Shown: piece by piece, positions 1-11,138 of the stretch | Layout: each line of letters opens with the position of its first letter | How positions within the stretch are numbered: position 1 is the stretch's first letter | Source: Phoronis australis | Taxonomy: Eukaryota > Animalia > Phoronida | Length of the DNA stretch: 64,000 nt | Assembly (NCBI GenBank): GCA_002633005.1 | Contig: NMRA01000501.1 | Location: forward strand, 257,517-321,516 | Direction of reading: 5' to 3' | Position numbers and translations under genes: made by a program | Notes under the pieces: generated by a model | Seen by the model: only the letters and a program-made list of their open reading frames with translations | The model's database searches: none | What the model was told of the DNA's origin: nothing

Positions 1-833
1 AAAGTTTAACGTCACACCTAAGAAATGGTCTGGCACAGGTTGTACCAGGCATGCGCAGGCCGCTCAGGCCGGCCTGTTGTACTGATCACCTGGAACCCTT
101 TTGTGTTTTGTTAGTATGCTTTTTATATGTATAATTTGGAACTGATCAATGTACGACATAACAAAATCAGCCTATTAAAGTTAAAGGTGACTGTAAACCC
201 GCCTTCCATCACGAAAAATACAGTTTTAGACCACCCACTCGTTATTCTGCATTAGGTGGAGCTACGTTCGAATGAAAGTTGACAACTGGCTCATTCTGAG
301 TGGGAACCGATGAAGTGAGTAACACTGCCCCGTGGACGGCGTTCCGTTCTAGGCCTGGCTTTAGTTGGCCACAGTTTCAGTTCCTGTTCCCGTCTGCCCC
401 CGCCCAGCGGGTTTCTTCAAATGCGGAGACGGAGCGCTAGCTCGGACGTTTTGAGAACGAGTTTTTGTGCCCCGTTGCATGAAACAATCCCAAACAGGGA
501 CTCAACTAGTTTCCTCAAATCTTTTGCGTATTTGTTTCTCTCTTCACTCACAGACGTTATATTTTTTCTGTCATTTTATCTTTATCATGAGCTCCTTTTT
601 GACTAATGATATTTTGCCTGTTCTTCAAGGGAAAGCAATAAAAATACAGGGTGGAGTTTCGTAGACGCAAAAAAGGGAATTGTGTGATCATAATTGAATC
701 TAGTGCGATGTCACGCGGTAGGCTCAAATCAACACTCCCCCCCGTACTTGTTTTTTTTTTTACTAAAGGAAACATCAAACCTATCATATAGGTAACAACC
801 GACTATAGGTTCGTTTACGCTTAACATTCGTAC

Positions 834-931
834 CAGGGGCTGGGGAATCTCTCTGACGTATCTCCGGACACACCCACTCTTTGCAGCAAACGTTGCTGAT
901 GGACACTAACGTGGCGTTTTTACAGTTCGGC
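834..931 (-). CDS. CCN: CCN exon: VWC module, second part, plus hinge
   Basis: [33 protein letters not shown]; ttgtag| acceptor, |gtacga donor; phase 2 matches the previous exon. Confidence 0.88.
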
Positions 932-3900
932 CTACAATGTGCAAAATATAGCTAGTAAAACACAACAATGTCCAATCAAAAATACATCGTAGCGTTTACT
1001 AAAACAAAATGAGACGATACTGTATGTGTCCGTCCAAATTTTCAGACATTTAGAGTTGCCTACGGTGCAATATGAAATCCCCATCCCCTTTACCAGAAGA
1101 TTAATTTATTTCTTCTTTTGTATGAAATTTCAAGCCCGCAAGCCTGTTTTATACAGTTTTGTTGACCCGTTGATACGCAGTCATTGGAAGAAAAAAACGA
1201 TTTGAAGCGTTTAAAGTCCTCCGACTACGACCTCCCCTTCCTTGTCGAGAACAGTTTAGCGACCGTCACGGGTTAGAGGCGGAGCAAAGGTTACCCAGGC
1301 GATCGCCCGAGTTACGCTTAGGGAACTTGATTGTATTGGGGCATGCAGGCTATTTTAGGTCGCCTCTCCAACTCTTTCTAACCGCTTGCCAGCGATGCTG
1401 TGTGCAACTTCTTTTACAAGCCACCTTTTAATTACCCATAGTGGCCCACTCAGTTATGTTCGACGAAATCGTATCAATTCTAAATCGCTCCCCAGTAGAG
1501 GCCTCCAGGTGGTATGCCTTACAGCTACATGTAAGTGCTTAAGAATTAACATATCCCCCCGGGCCCAGTTTAATCAGCTCTCATGAAGTGACCCCGCTGA
1601 CCTCTGGCTCTCCTGCGGACACAGGCTAGTGCAGCTCACCACGCCATTCTGACAGGTACAGAGTTCTCTGCAGGAGCGCTCGTATTTCTCCCCATCCTCA
1701 AGGATCAGCGAGTCCGACAGGCGGCACTTCTTGCCGTCTTTTGCTGAAAAAAAAGCGTGAAAGGCTGATACTTTTACGACTATACACCATTCACTACAAC
1801 TTGAATGATGACTTTGTGACATAAATTTCTATATAGGCCCAACAACATGGTCGCAGCTGATGTGCAATTCTCTCGAGTACCCTCTTACACAGCGCCACCT
1901 ATGCTGAAAAGTGGCCCTGTGAAAACATGATGAACAACACACTGAATATTCTGTGTGTGGGCATCAATGCTCATACTTGGTCGGAAGTTTACCGATCACA
2001 TCGCCACCACTTGCAAACGTCCCCTATGCACTGAACTTGTTTGGGATTAATCCAATGGATCAATGTTTATTTGATTTTATTTACTTCGATCACTGCCCGC
2101 TATATAAATTACAACTCTTCAAGTAAAAGGTGGTTCCATACTACGTAATAGAAAACTGAAGGTGGTTCCCAGACTTCAACCAATGGGAATGACTGAATGT
2201 TATGACGTCGATGTCATTACTTTATCCATTGAGAAGCCATGTTAAACAAATTCCACAGCGCTACCTTTCGTAGGTCTGTGAAGGAGTGTATTCCTCGAGC
2301 AGAGGTCGGACATGCTTCGGGAAATCTATGTACTAAATGAAAATTGAAAGCAGACATGTCGTGACCTGTACTGGAAAAAAAAGGAAATACATGTAGGCCT
2401 GTGTCAATCGTCCAATCCATTTCCCGCGCTCATGGCATAATGCTTGCTCACCTTTGCACACTCCAGTCAGTTGCTCCTCGTCTGCTTGTTCGTAGCCGAT
2501 GTCTGGTCCCCAGTCACAGATCAACCCGTTCGCTTCGTCACATCTTGCTGTCGTTGTACACCTATCACCTGAAGAAAAAATGGAAAGAACGATGACATAT
2601 CACGCACTACGCAATGTATGTGTTCCAGAAAACGTGACATACATGTAAAAGTACTGCTTAGACACACGTTGTTGGATTCTTGAAAGGACATTATCGGCGA
2701 GAAAATTAACATTTTAAGATCAGACTTGGCGCGGGTTCGGCCTAGAACCCCGCGGTTCCACAGTCTAATGCTCTGCTCGGTGGGGTTAAACCTCATTCTA
2801 TAAATGGCAGCGTAAGGAGAATGCCACCCGATTTAATTAGTCTTTTTCGACATCTTAATCGGTCTATATCCACTTCGCCTCGCATACGGTCGACCTTACC
2901 TTGCCAAGAGGTGTCGCGTTAACCTGTGAGGAAAATGAGAAACGACGCTAGCGACGTCAGTGGTTCATATGCAGAGAGAATGCCGCTATGTTGCGGTGCA
3001 GCTTTCCCGCTTGTCCGAACTAAGCAGCTGCGAGGAAAGCGGGTATATCGTTTTTTTTTTACTTCCTCGAGAGTCCGAAATGCTTAGGAAGTGGCTCATG
3101 GTAATGAAGAATGAAATGTACGCTGTAAATAGCAAGTATGAAGCCGCAAAAAAAATCTCCGTGTCTGTGGCCTGCAGACGTCGACTGTGCCTGACGATTG
3201 CCGGCTTACCAAATAACTCCATACGTTCCGTTGTCTGAGCTTGTTCACGACGCCTCTCTAGTATTTCTTCATCACTGCATTCCTGTTCGAATTGATAGCC
3301 TGTAGAACTTAACGATCCACCAGCGAAGTCGGGACTGATGAGCTCTAGCTCGTCCTAAGTCGGGATTGCGAGTTGCCATGTTGGCGTTTATTACTGAGCG
3401 TTCTGTTTCAAAATGAATTATTCTCACCCTAACCAATACATATATAAAACTGAAACAAAGTCTGTCTCATTAGATGCAATTTGTAATGCCTTTGGAGTGT
3501 TCGTGAGTGCAAATGATTTGAGAAGCCAGCAATGAATAAATCACTGCGTTACCGGCTTTAGGTGCAATAAAAACTAATTGACGGGACACCGAGGCCGTGT
3601 GAGCTCATGCTTATTTAGTGTTTGCTGGCAGAAACTGTTGTGAAACAACTCGATTTCCATCCCACAGTCAGGTGTTGGGGGAATCTTTATTTCCTTTTAC
3701 ATTACTCAAATAATGATTGTCAATGTACAACGTCTGTCCTGACGGTGCTGTGGCCAAAGCGGCGCNTGATGACTTTGTAACGTAAATTTCTATATAGGCC
3801 CAACAACATGGTCGCAGCTGATGTGCAATTCTCTCGAGTACCCCCTGACACAGCGCCACCTATGATGAAAAGTGGCCCTGTGGAAACATGATGAACGACA

Positions 3901-6900
3901 CACTGAATATTCTGTGTGAGGGCATCAATGCTCGTACTTGGTCGGAAGTTTACCGATCACATCGCCACCACTTGCAAACGCTATGCACTGAACTTGTTTG
4001 GGATTAATCCAATGGATCGAGGTTTATTTGATTTTATTTACTTCGATCACTGCCCGCTATATAAATTACAACTCTTCAAGTAAAAGGTGGTTCCATACTA
4101 CGTAATAGAAAACTGAAGGTGGTTCCCAGACTTCAACCAATGGGAATGACTGAATGTTATGACATCGGTGTCATTACTTTATCCATTGAGAAGCCATGTT
4201 AAACAAAATTCCACAGTGCTACCTTTCGTAGGTCTGTGAAGGAGTGTATTCTCTCGAGCAGAGGTCGGACATGCTTCGGAAAATCTATGTACTAAACGAA
4301 AATTGAAAGCAGTCATGTCGTGACCTCTACTGGAAAAAAGGAAATACGTGTAGGCCTGGGTCAATCGTCCAATCCATTTCCCGCGCTCATGGCATAATGC
4401 TTGCTCACCTTTGCACACTCCAGTCAGTTGCTCCTCGTCTGCTTGTTCGTAGCCGATGTCCGGTCCCCAGTCACAGACCAACCCGTTCGCTTCGTCACAT
4501 CTTGCTGTCGTTGTACACCTATCACCTGAAGGAAAAATGGCAAGAACGATGACAAACACGCACTACGCAATGTATGTGTTCCCGAAAACGTGACATAAAA
4601 GTACTGCGAAGACACATGTTGTCGGATTCTTGAAAGGACACTATCGGCGAGAAAATTAATATTTTAAGATCAGCCTCGGCGCGGGTTCGGCCTAGAACCT
4701 GCGGTCCCAGTCTAAGGCTCTGCTCGGTGGGATTGAACCTCATTCTATAAATGGCAGCGTATTTTAAGATTGTTTAAATGGTAACGTCACCGGTTCCGTC
4801 GAATGTCTGGCGGACAACGATGAGAATTGATACTTTGTAATAAAATCGCTTCTGCCATTTTGTAACGGAAAATTAAAGTTTTACTCGGGAAATATTTCAC
4901 ATATTTGTTCCTCAATTTTATTCAAGTGTTTTACTTATAAACTCGTGCGCGTAATCGCGGAGCAAGCGTTGGCTCCACATGCATGTATGGCGCATGGACT
5001 TAAACAGAGGCAGGGTGTAAAACTGGTCTCAACGTGCCCTTTACTCCGGTTAAATGTAATTTCAGGGCTTGGAAATAGCTGTTAGTTCGTTTTTTTCGGG
5101 AGGCCTGGCGGTTCTCAGCTTCCTCCCCGCCCAAGCCTCAGGATGGCGCTGATCGGTTTTGCCGTTCGAAGCTTGGTTATAGGAATTACCTTCTGCGCCA
5201 TGATTGGCTGCTGGCTTGACGTCATTAAAACAAAGGCAGATTTTAATTACTTTCCCAGGTGTTGTTGCAGCCATTCATGAATTAGAAGGCATTATTTTGG
5301 TTATTGTTTAACAAAAGATGTTGGCATACTTATTTTCAATTTTTTATTTATAGTATGATAGAAATCTGTTTTTGAGAAACAAAATACATTATTTTTGCAA
5401 TAATTAGGACCTACATTGCTGCAATGTACCGCTAATTTTCATTCTTGTATAAAACTGCAAAAAATTCAAATTTAAATTAATCATGATATTGCGGTGATTT
5501 CCGTAAAAATGTTTGACCTGATCAAGTTCCAAAGGTATTTTGAGGTCGAGTTGCAGCACCAAGTTCAGTGCCTTGAAGTGGTAATGCTTAGACTACAGAA
5601 CATAGTTCACGTATTTGTTGGACCAGAACACCAACCGAATCATTTACTTTGCAAGTCAACATTCGCGTGACAAGTCGGTCACACCACCTGGTGACTGACC
5701 GTTGAAATAATAACGCTACAAGCTCTCAAACAGCTAATCACTTGAAGCACTTAGAAGTGCCAGCGCCACCTGGCGGTAAGTGGCAGCGATGGCGGCGACA
5801 CCAATAAACAGAACCGCAATCACTATAGACGATCAAATTCATTCTGATCTCACTCACCATGAGACCGACCGCATTTGTGACAGCAACCGCACCCATCCAG
5901 AACTAAGCCGATGCCACTCGGGCATACCGGCGGCGGGTCGTCGCACTTGCACGGCCAAACGTCGCGACAGTGAATGCTAACCTGAAGAAACAGAATGGAT
6001 GTGAGAAATGACAATAACCATCTCAGCCACAGTATAACAGCTTTCTAAAGATCATGATTGTGATGATAATCTTGAATAGAAATTTTCTACATAAGCAATA
6101 CTATCGTTGCATTAAATTAATAAAAAATGACTTGCCCTGTGTATTAGCTCTTCATTTCTGCGAAATTGAAAAAACAACAAACCCCGAACTGTCACATAGA
6201 AGCTATTTTTGCGAAATGAATGCACATGCTAGGGGTAAGTTGAAAACTGTTAATAGCCAAAAATACAAAGTGTTGTAATGCTCTTCCGGAAATTACAACC
6301 GCAGAAGAGCTTTTCTTTCAATTGGTGAATTTACTTTGAAATGGCCCTGATACTATGAGGTAAGTGTGTTATTCACAAACCGCTAATATTACAGTGTAAT
6401 GACTCGTAGTGTTAAAACAAGCGGAACTGTGAATATCATCAAATCAGTATTTCTCACCTGACCTGGAATGTTTTACGACACGACTGGTTCATAACACCGA
6501 TTTCGTAACTTTTTGATGTTACATGGGCGAATCACAGAGTAATGCAAAGTAGAAATCCATTCGCTTTACATTTTATCGCCTGCAAAAAACGCTAGACCAA
6601 CCAAACGCGAGCCAACCAAACGCGCGCCAACCAAACGCGCGCCAACCAAACAATGCTGGAATTCCGTGAAGGTGACAAGGTTATGATTGACAAATTGGAT
6701 GTCGCAACTGTACATGTACGTACACCCCGTCGGAACGACTGGCAAACAGCTTCCGTATCCGCGTTCATTCAAACGGAGACGAACTCCAACCCAAGTAACG
6801 CGGTGAGACTGTCTAGCTGTGCTTTCTCAAGGTCAAATTCAGTGCTCACGCGCGGGGAAGCCTTACTGACAGTTTTTATAAACAATCGTTAAGTTTTAAT

Positions 6901-9900
6901 ATTACAACCTCAAAGGCTATTTATTAGAGTCTAACTTGAATATTTGTAACGAAAGCTGAATGCAATTGACAATTGTTAAGTTTAAAATAAAACTATTAAC
7001 CGAATGTAACTGAGTTTACTTTACATTGCGCAAGCGTGTTTTTACAAAAGTGGTGTCATTTTGTTGAAAGTTTTAGACACGTCTAGTTTTTCGGCAAAAA
7101 GATTGTTTTTACGGTTCATGTGAGAAAACAAATCCTAAACTTGTCTCAGGTTTATGACATGGGCAAAACCTCTTGGAAATTTCGTAGGATTCTGTATTTA
7201 ATATAAGAAACGTAGAATAACCTTCCACACTTCCGGAATTTCTACCGTTTGTTTTACTAATCACGATCTGAACTTTGATCGAATTTACTCTCGCTTATGA
7301 TACGGATATATCTCGGACGCATACTGTACGTCACCATAGTAACTGCCTCAGATTTAAAGGGACATTATATGATTCAGTATACCGCCATACAAAGCATTTT
7401 GGGATTGTTGTGGAGTAGTTTAGACCTCTTGAAGTTCTAAACTTTGTCCCGAGCTATAAAACAAGAGAATCCGTGTTGTTTTGGTGATTTATTACAAATC
7501 GTCAATTCTCGCACACCGATGTCTGCCAGACATTCGCGGGAATTAGGGCCGGTGACTTTACCAATAAATGCTCTGCAATTTACCGAGTGAGGTTTACATG
7601 TACATGTAGCTTCGATATGAGAATGTGAGCTTGCAAACGCAGGTGTTGCAGGTTCGACTCCGCGTTGAGGCATTTCTCAGAAAAATACTTTTTTTCGACG
7701 ATAATGCCCCTTTAAATTGATTGTAGATGACATGCGCATCGTGCAGTGGTGTTACGGAGTGGGCAATTGACGTGAAAGTATAATCCATTAATGAAATTTC
7801 CAGCAGCAATCACTGCAATGTTCAAACCTGCCCGCGGGATGGGAACTTCAAATGATGTTTCCCTTTGGACAACGAGATTTAATCATATCAGTCGGAGACA
7901 TGGGATGAACATGGAAATTACTTTGATAATCACCAGATATCCTAACCGCTGGGGACGGCAATGATTAATTCAGTTTCATACATGGCGAGATTGTGATATT
8001 ACGGCGATGTTTTTAGTTTCTCTTACAGGAAGCAATGCACGACACCTTATTGAAGTTTTACGTCTGTTCATTGTTTACTGCATGATAAAACAATGTTTTA
8101 AAACTGCATTTTCTCAGTGCTTATCTGACACACACCGAAAATGAATTGAGCTACTTTTGCTCATAATACCGGCCTCCTAATATTCGTCATCGTAATAAGA
8201 CTTGATTTGTGTTACCAGCAAAGCCATCAGCGATATGTACAAGTGCATCCACGTCATGGCTCCCTAATACTATATACTTTCTCTCGTCTCTGAGACGCAC
8301 ACTCGTACTGGATCTTCATCCAGACATGATATTTAGCCCCCTGCTTTTGTCAGTGCTGCGCCGCCCATGTGATACATGAGCGCACTCAGCCTCTAATATG
8401 AGGGAGGGTGCTCGAATCTCTGACAAAGTGGACCTTTTGCTGATAACAAAAAAGCGGGAGGACTAAAAAAAACGAAGTACCACCGTACCACCTTCAGGTC
8501 TGTGAACTGTGCGTCTGCGCCTTTTTAGTGGACTTTTGTCTTGTTTCTCGGACTTTTTGTTTCTTTGAGGCGGACCTTTTTACCCACTTCGCCAAATGGA
8601 GGGGCTCGTTCGAGCCCCCCGAGCCCCCCCCCCGGGTGTGCGCATGTGATATCAAGATACCCCCGACCCAGGACTGAGTACCACAAAGGCAGTTTCGCGC
8701 TCTCTAGCGCCTTGCTGTGGACTCACTACAAAGCACGTCAAGACCCAATATTTGCCTTCACATGTTCTGACTTTAAGTACATGTTCAGTAATTGTACGTC
8801 ATACTGGTGACTTCTTACATATTTTGTTAGTATTTTACTTACAGTAGTACATGTATTTAGTAACAAGTGCAATACGAATTACTGCTTTTCTAAATCTTAA
8901 TTTGTGTAATGTTTTGTGCACATCCCTTTCAACTGTGTTATCCGGCCGTTTTACTTGAGGTTGCATTTCGTCTCGTTTTAGCTGTCTCGAAAATGAAAAT
9001 CAAATTATGCCTGTTTCTTACGTAAAAACGGTTTCTCCTGATAGTGTAGTTGATTTTCTGTTTTCAACTCCAGTCAAAAACAATCCATACTTGCGCTATT
9101 TTCGAACTCGCAATTTCAGGGTTTCTAGGGTTTGGACAATGCTAGAATTCGAAATTTGCACAAGGACATGTATGCATTGCCTATGACTTCAGGTGTCCGC
9201 TCAGTCGGCTCCAATTCAGGATCAGATACATGTCCTGACGTTCTGTTTAAACCCTTCACTTGATAATTCAATATTGACAGCTAAACAGCGGCGGAATCCC
9301 GGTCTTACTTTCAAGTCATTATTATCTCACCACTGCAACAGCTCGTCGAGACAACTACAACTGACGACTTCGCTGTTGTTCTCGCTCCAGTTCTTTTGCA
9401 TCAACGCCAACCCAACTAATCGATGTACTCTCTAATATTTAAAATAGCAGATTTGATCACAATCACTAACGTCGTATTCTTCGTTATCAAATAATCGCCT
9501 TCTCTTTTTCGGTCTTTCTGCGGTCAAGCTGCGTCGCCACTCGCCGTAACATGACGCCATTTTTACAGTCGTCCACGTCGTCATCATCATCAAAAGTACC
9601 ATCATCATCCTCGTCACCATCATCAACACCATCATTACCCTCACCACCACCATCATTACTCTCACCACCATCATCATTATCATCACCACCACCATCATTA
9701 CTCTCACCACCACCACCACCATCATTACTCTCACAACCACCACCATCATTACTCTCACCACAACCATCACCATCGAAAAAATTTCCGCCATGGCCATCAA
9801 CACTACTATCACCATCATAATTACCACCACAGTCACCACCATCAACACCATCGCAATAATCATCATCACCGCCATCTTCATCAAGGTCATTCCCACCACC

Positions 9901-11138
9901 ATTATCATCGAACGTGGTTATGTTTGTTTAACGCTTCGACAACTTGCCGGCACAAATTATGGTAAAATGGTGCAAGTTGGGTACTCAGCATTCAAATAAA
10001 AAAGATTTTTCGTGTTTTACTCTATCTTTCGAATGATATGCAAAACACTACGGGAAGGTACACGGCTCAGATAAATGCAGTACAGTAGTTATAACACATT
10101 TCATCCAATAAGGAGGAGTAAAACGCTAGGTGGTTATGTGTGACTTGACGTGTGTTTTTCGTTTTTGTAACCGGTAGAACGATCATCTCATTGAGTGTCA
10201 AATCAATTCAAATATGTCAGTACTTAGTAACTAGAGCCTTTGCAAGTTGTTTCTCTTAACAATTTAGCATTATTTACCGGTCTCGAGCAAAATTTTGTGA
10301 GACGTAAATAACGACATTTCATATGTTAAAAATTTGGTTTAGTGAAATAATAAATTAGTACAGCTAAGTGAAACACTTCCTAACAAGAACAGTTTTGTCA
10401 TTGAATGCATGCTGTGATGATAGATAGGACTTATTCATTATTTTCAAGCTATGTTCTGTGTGGCATTAATGACGCTACTGGCCAACGGGTCAGCGTGTAT
10501 TTCGAACGCTGCTGGTTTCTCACTCGCAAGTCTACATATTGTATTGGACCGAGTTGGAAAACACACTCACAGCATTTGTTAATTCGACAGGAGTTACTAA
10601 CACGTTGGGCTAGCTAATGGGTGATTGTTGAGTCCATCTCGAACGCCAGGTTTCACTGGGTAGACCAGTGAAGACGTGTTTCACTCGACAAACACTGGTA
10701 GATGTGCGAAGTCGTATAGGTGGGAACACAACAACAATTTTTGTAAAAAAATCCTCGTAATCCTGAAACGGCGTACTGACGTCATTTTTCTTTATTTGGC
10801 AGGACCCACTTCCTCACTAGACACACCTATTACTGGTGATTTTTATCTTTCAAGGAGTAGATCTACAATCTGGGCAACTCAGGACCGGACGAACTCAGTC
10901 TAGGGTTCAAAATCACAGCACAAGTGTTCCCCATCCTTTTAAGAGACAGCAAATTCAATCTTACCAGACTTCCCTGCTGCTCTTGAGTGTCTCTGGTACT
11001 CCGTTTTCTTGGGTTTGAGCAATCGTAACAATCCGGGAATTCATCCGGACACGCACGTGCCAAAGTATTCACAGCGTATAACAACACAGCACATCGGAAA
11101 GTGAACGTTAGCGTAACTCGAGGCCCATTTGAGCCCAT
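834..11138 (-). CDS. CCN: CCN-family matricellular protein (CYR61/CTGF/NOV-like), 3'-partial; signal peptide + IGFBP + VWC
   Basis: Exons join(10965-11138, 5858-5981, 4409-4525 [or duplicate 2452-2568], 1602-1743, 834-931), all GT-AG with matching phases 0,1,1,2,1. IGFBP module has 12 Cys including [12 protein letters not shown]; VWC module has 10 Cys including [19 protein letters not shown]...CCKEWVC. IGFBP followed by VWC is the CCN order. No TSP1 or cystine-knot exon found in 1-833, so these are presumably left of the window. Confidence 0.9.
1602..1743 (-). CDS. CCN: CCN exon: VWC module, first part
   Basis: [47 protein letters not shown]; tttttcag| acceptor, ag|gtcagc donor. Confidence 0.88.
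1878..2290. mobile_element. ~410 bp MITE-like interspersed repeat (copies at 3838-4248 and ~29533-29926)
   Basis: Imperfect terminal inverted repeats (TACCCTCTTACACAG / CTGTGAAGGAGTGTA); a diverged copy sits in an intron of the unrelated gene at 29.5 kb. Confidence 0.65.
2452..2568 (-). CDS. CCN: CCN exon: IGFBP module, C-terminal half (copy B, near-identical duplicate)
   Basis: Same 117-nt exon with a V>I change (GLICDW); lies in the duplicated block 1806-2813 / 3767-4761. Confidence 0.75.
2980..3180 (+). pseudogene. Degenerate THAP zinc-finger fragment, probably DNA-transposon derived
   Basis: Read across frameshifts: [39 protein letters not shown]...[10 protein letters not shown], resembling the THAP pattern M-P-x-C...C-x-N...SFF-x-FP...KW...RVC-x-x-HF. 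Confidence 0.55.
4409..4525 (-). CDS. CCN: CCN exon: IGFBP module, C-terminal half (copy A)
   Basis: [39 protein letters not shown]; 117 nt, phase 1-1, cttcag| and |gtgagc. Confidence 0.85.
5858..5981 (-). CDS. CCN: CCN exon: IGFBP module, N-terminal half
   Basis: [41 protein letters not shown], bounded by ttcttcag| and |gtgagt; contains the IGFBP GCGCCxxC signature. Not in the ORF track. Confidence 0.92.
6596..6651. repeat. 15-bp tandem repeat (CCAACCAAACGCGCG), ~4 copies
   Basis: Directly visible. Confidence 0.9.
7358..7711. mobile_element. Kolobok-like MITE with TTAA target-site duplication
   Basis: TTAA|AGGGACATTAT ... ATAATGCCCCT|TTAA; contains a tRNA-like segment (~7606-7672, GGTTCGACTCC). 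Confidence 0.7.
8650..8790 (+). mobile_element. 3' end relic of an L2/CR1-type LINE ORF2
   Basis: [22 protein letters not shown] resembles the PxPRTExxKxSFxYxGAxLWNxLP C-terminal motif of L2/CR1-group ORF2. Confidence 0.5.
9575..9910. repeat. Degenerate (CAC/CAT)n trinucleotide tract
   Basis: Low-complexity tract; the overlapping MV-, PS- and TI-rich ORFs are by-products. Confidence 0.9.
10965..11138 (-). CDS. CCN: CCN exon: signal peptide and N-terminal extension (58 codons)
   Basis: [58 protein letters not shown]. Acceptor tttccag before 11185; phase-0 donor ctg|gtaag matches the phase-0 IGFBP exon. A gtgagt donor at 11326 suggests an upstream 5'UTR exon. Confidence 0.7.

Larger units (their letters stand above)
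1806..4761. repeat. ~1 kb direct duplication (1806-2813 vs 3767-4761) flanking an N join
   Basis: Near-identical blocks with scattered SNPs and small indels; the second copy starts immediately after the N at 3766. Confidence 0.9.

Noticed and set aside
9432-9999. 158-aa Met/Val-rich ORF and overlapping Pro/Ser- and Thr/Ile-rich ORFs
   Set aside because: They are translations of a CAC/CAT trinucleotide tract inside a CCN intron
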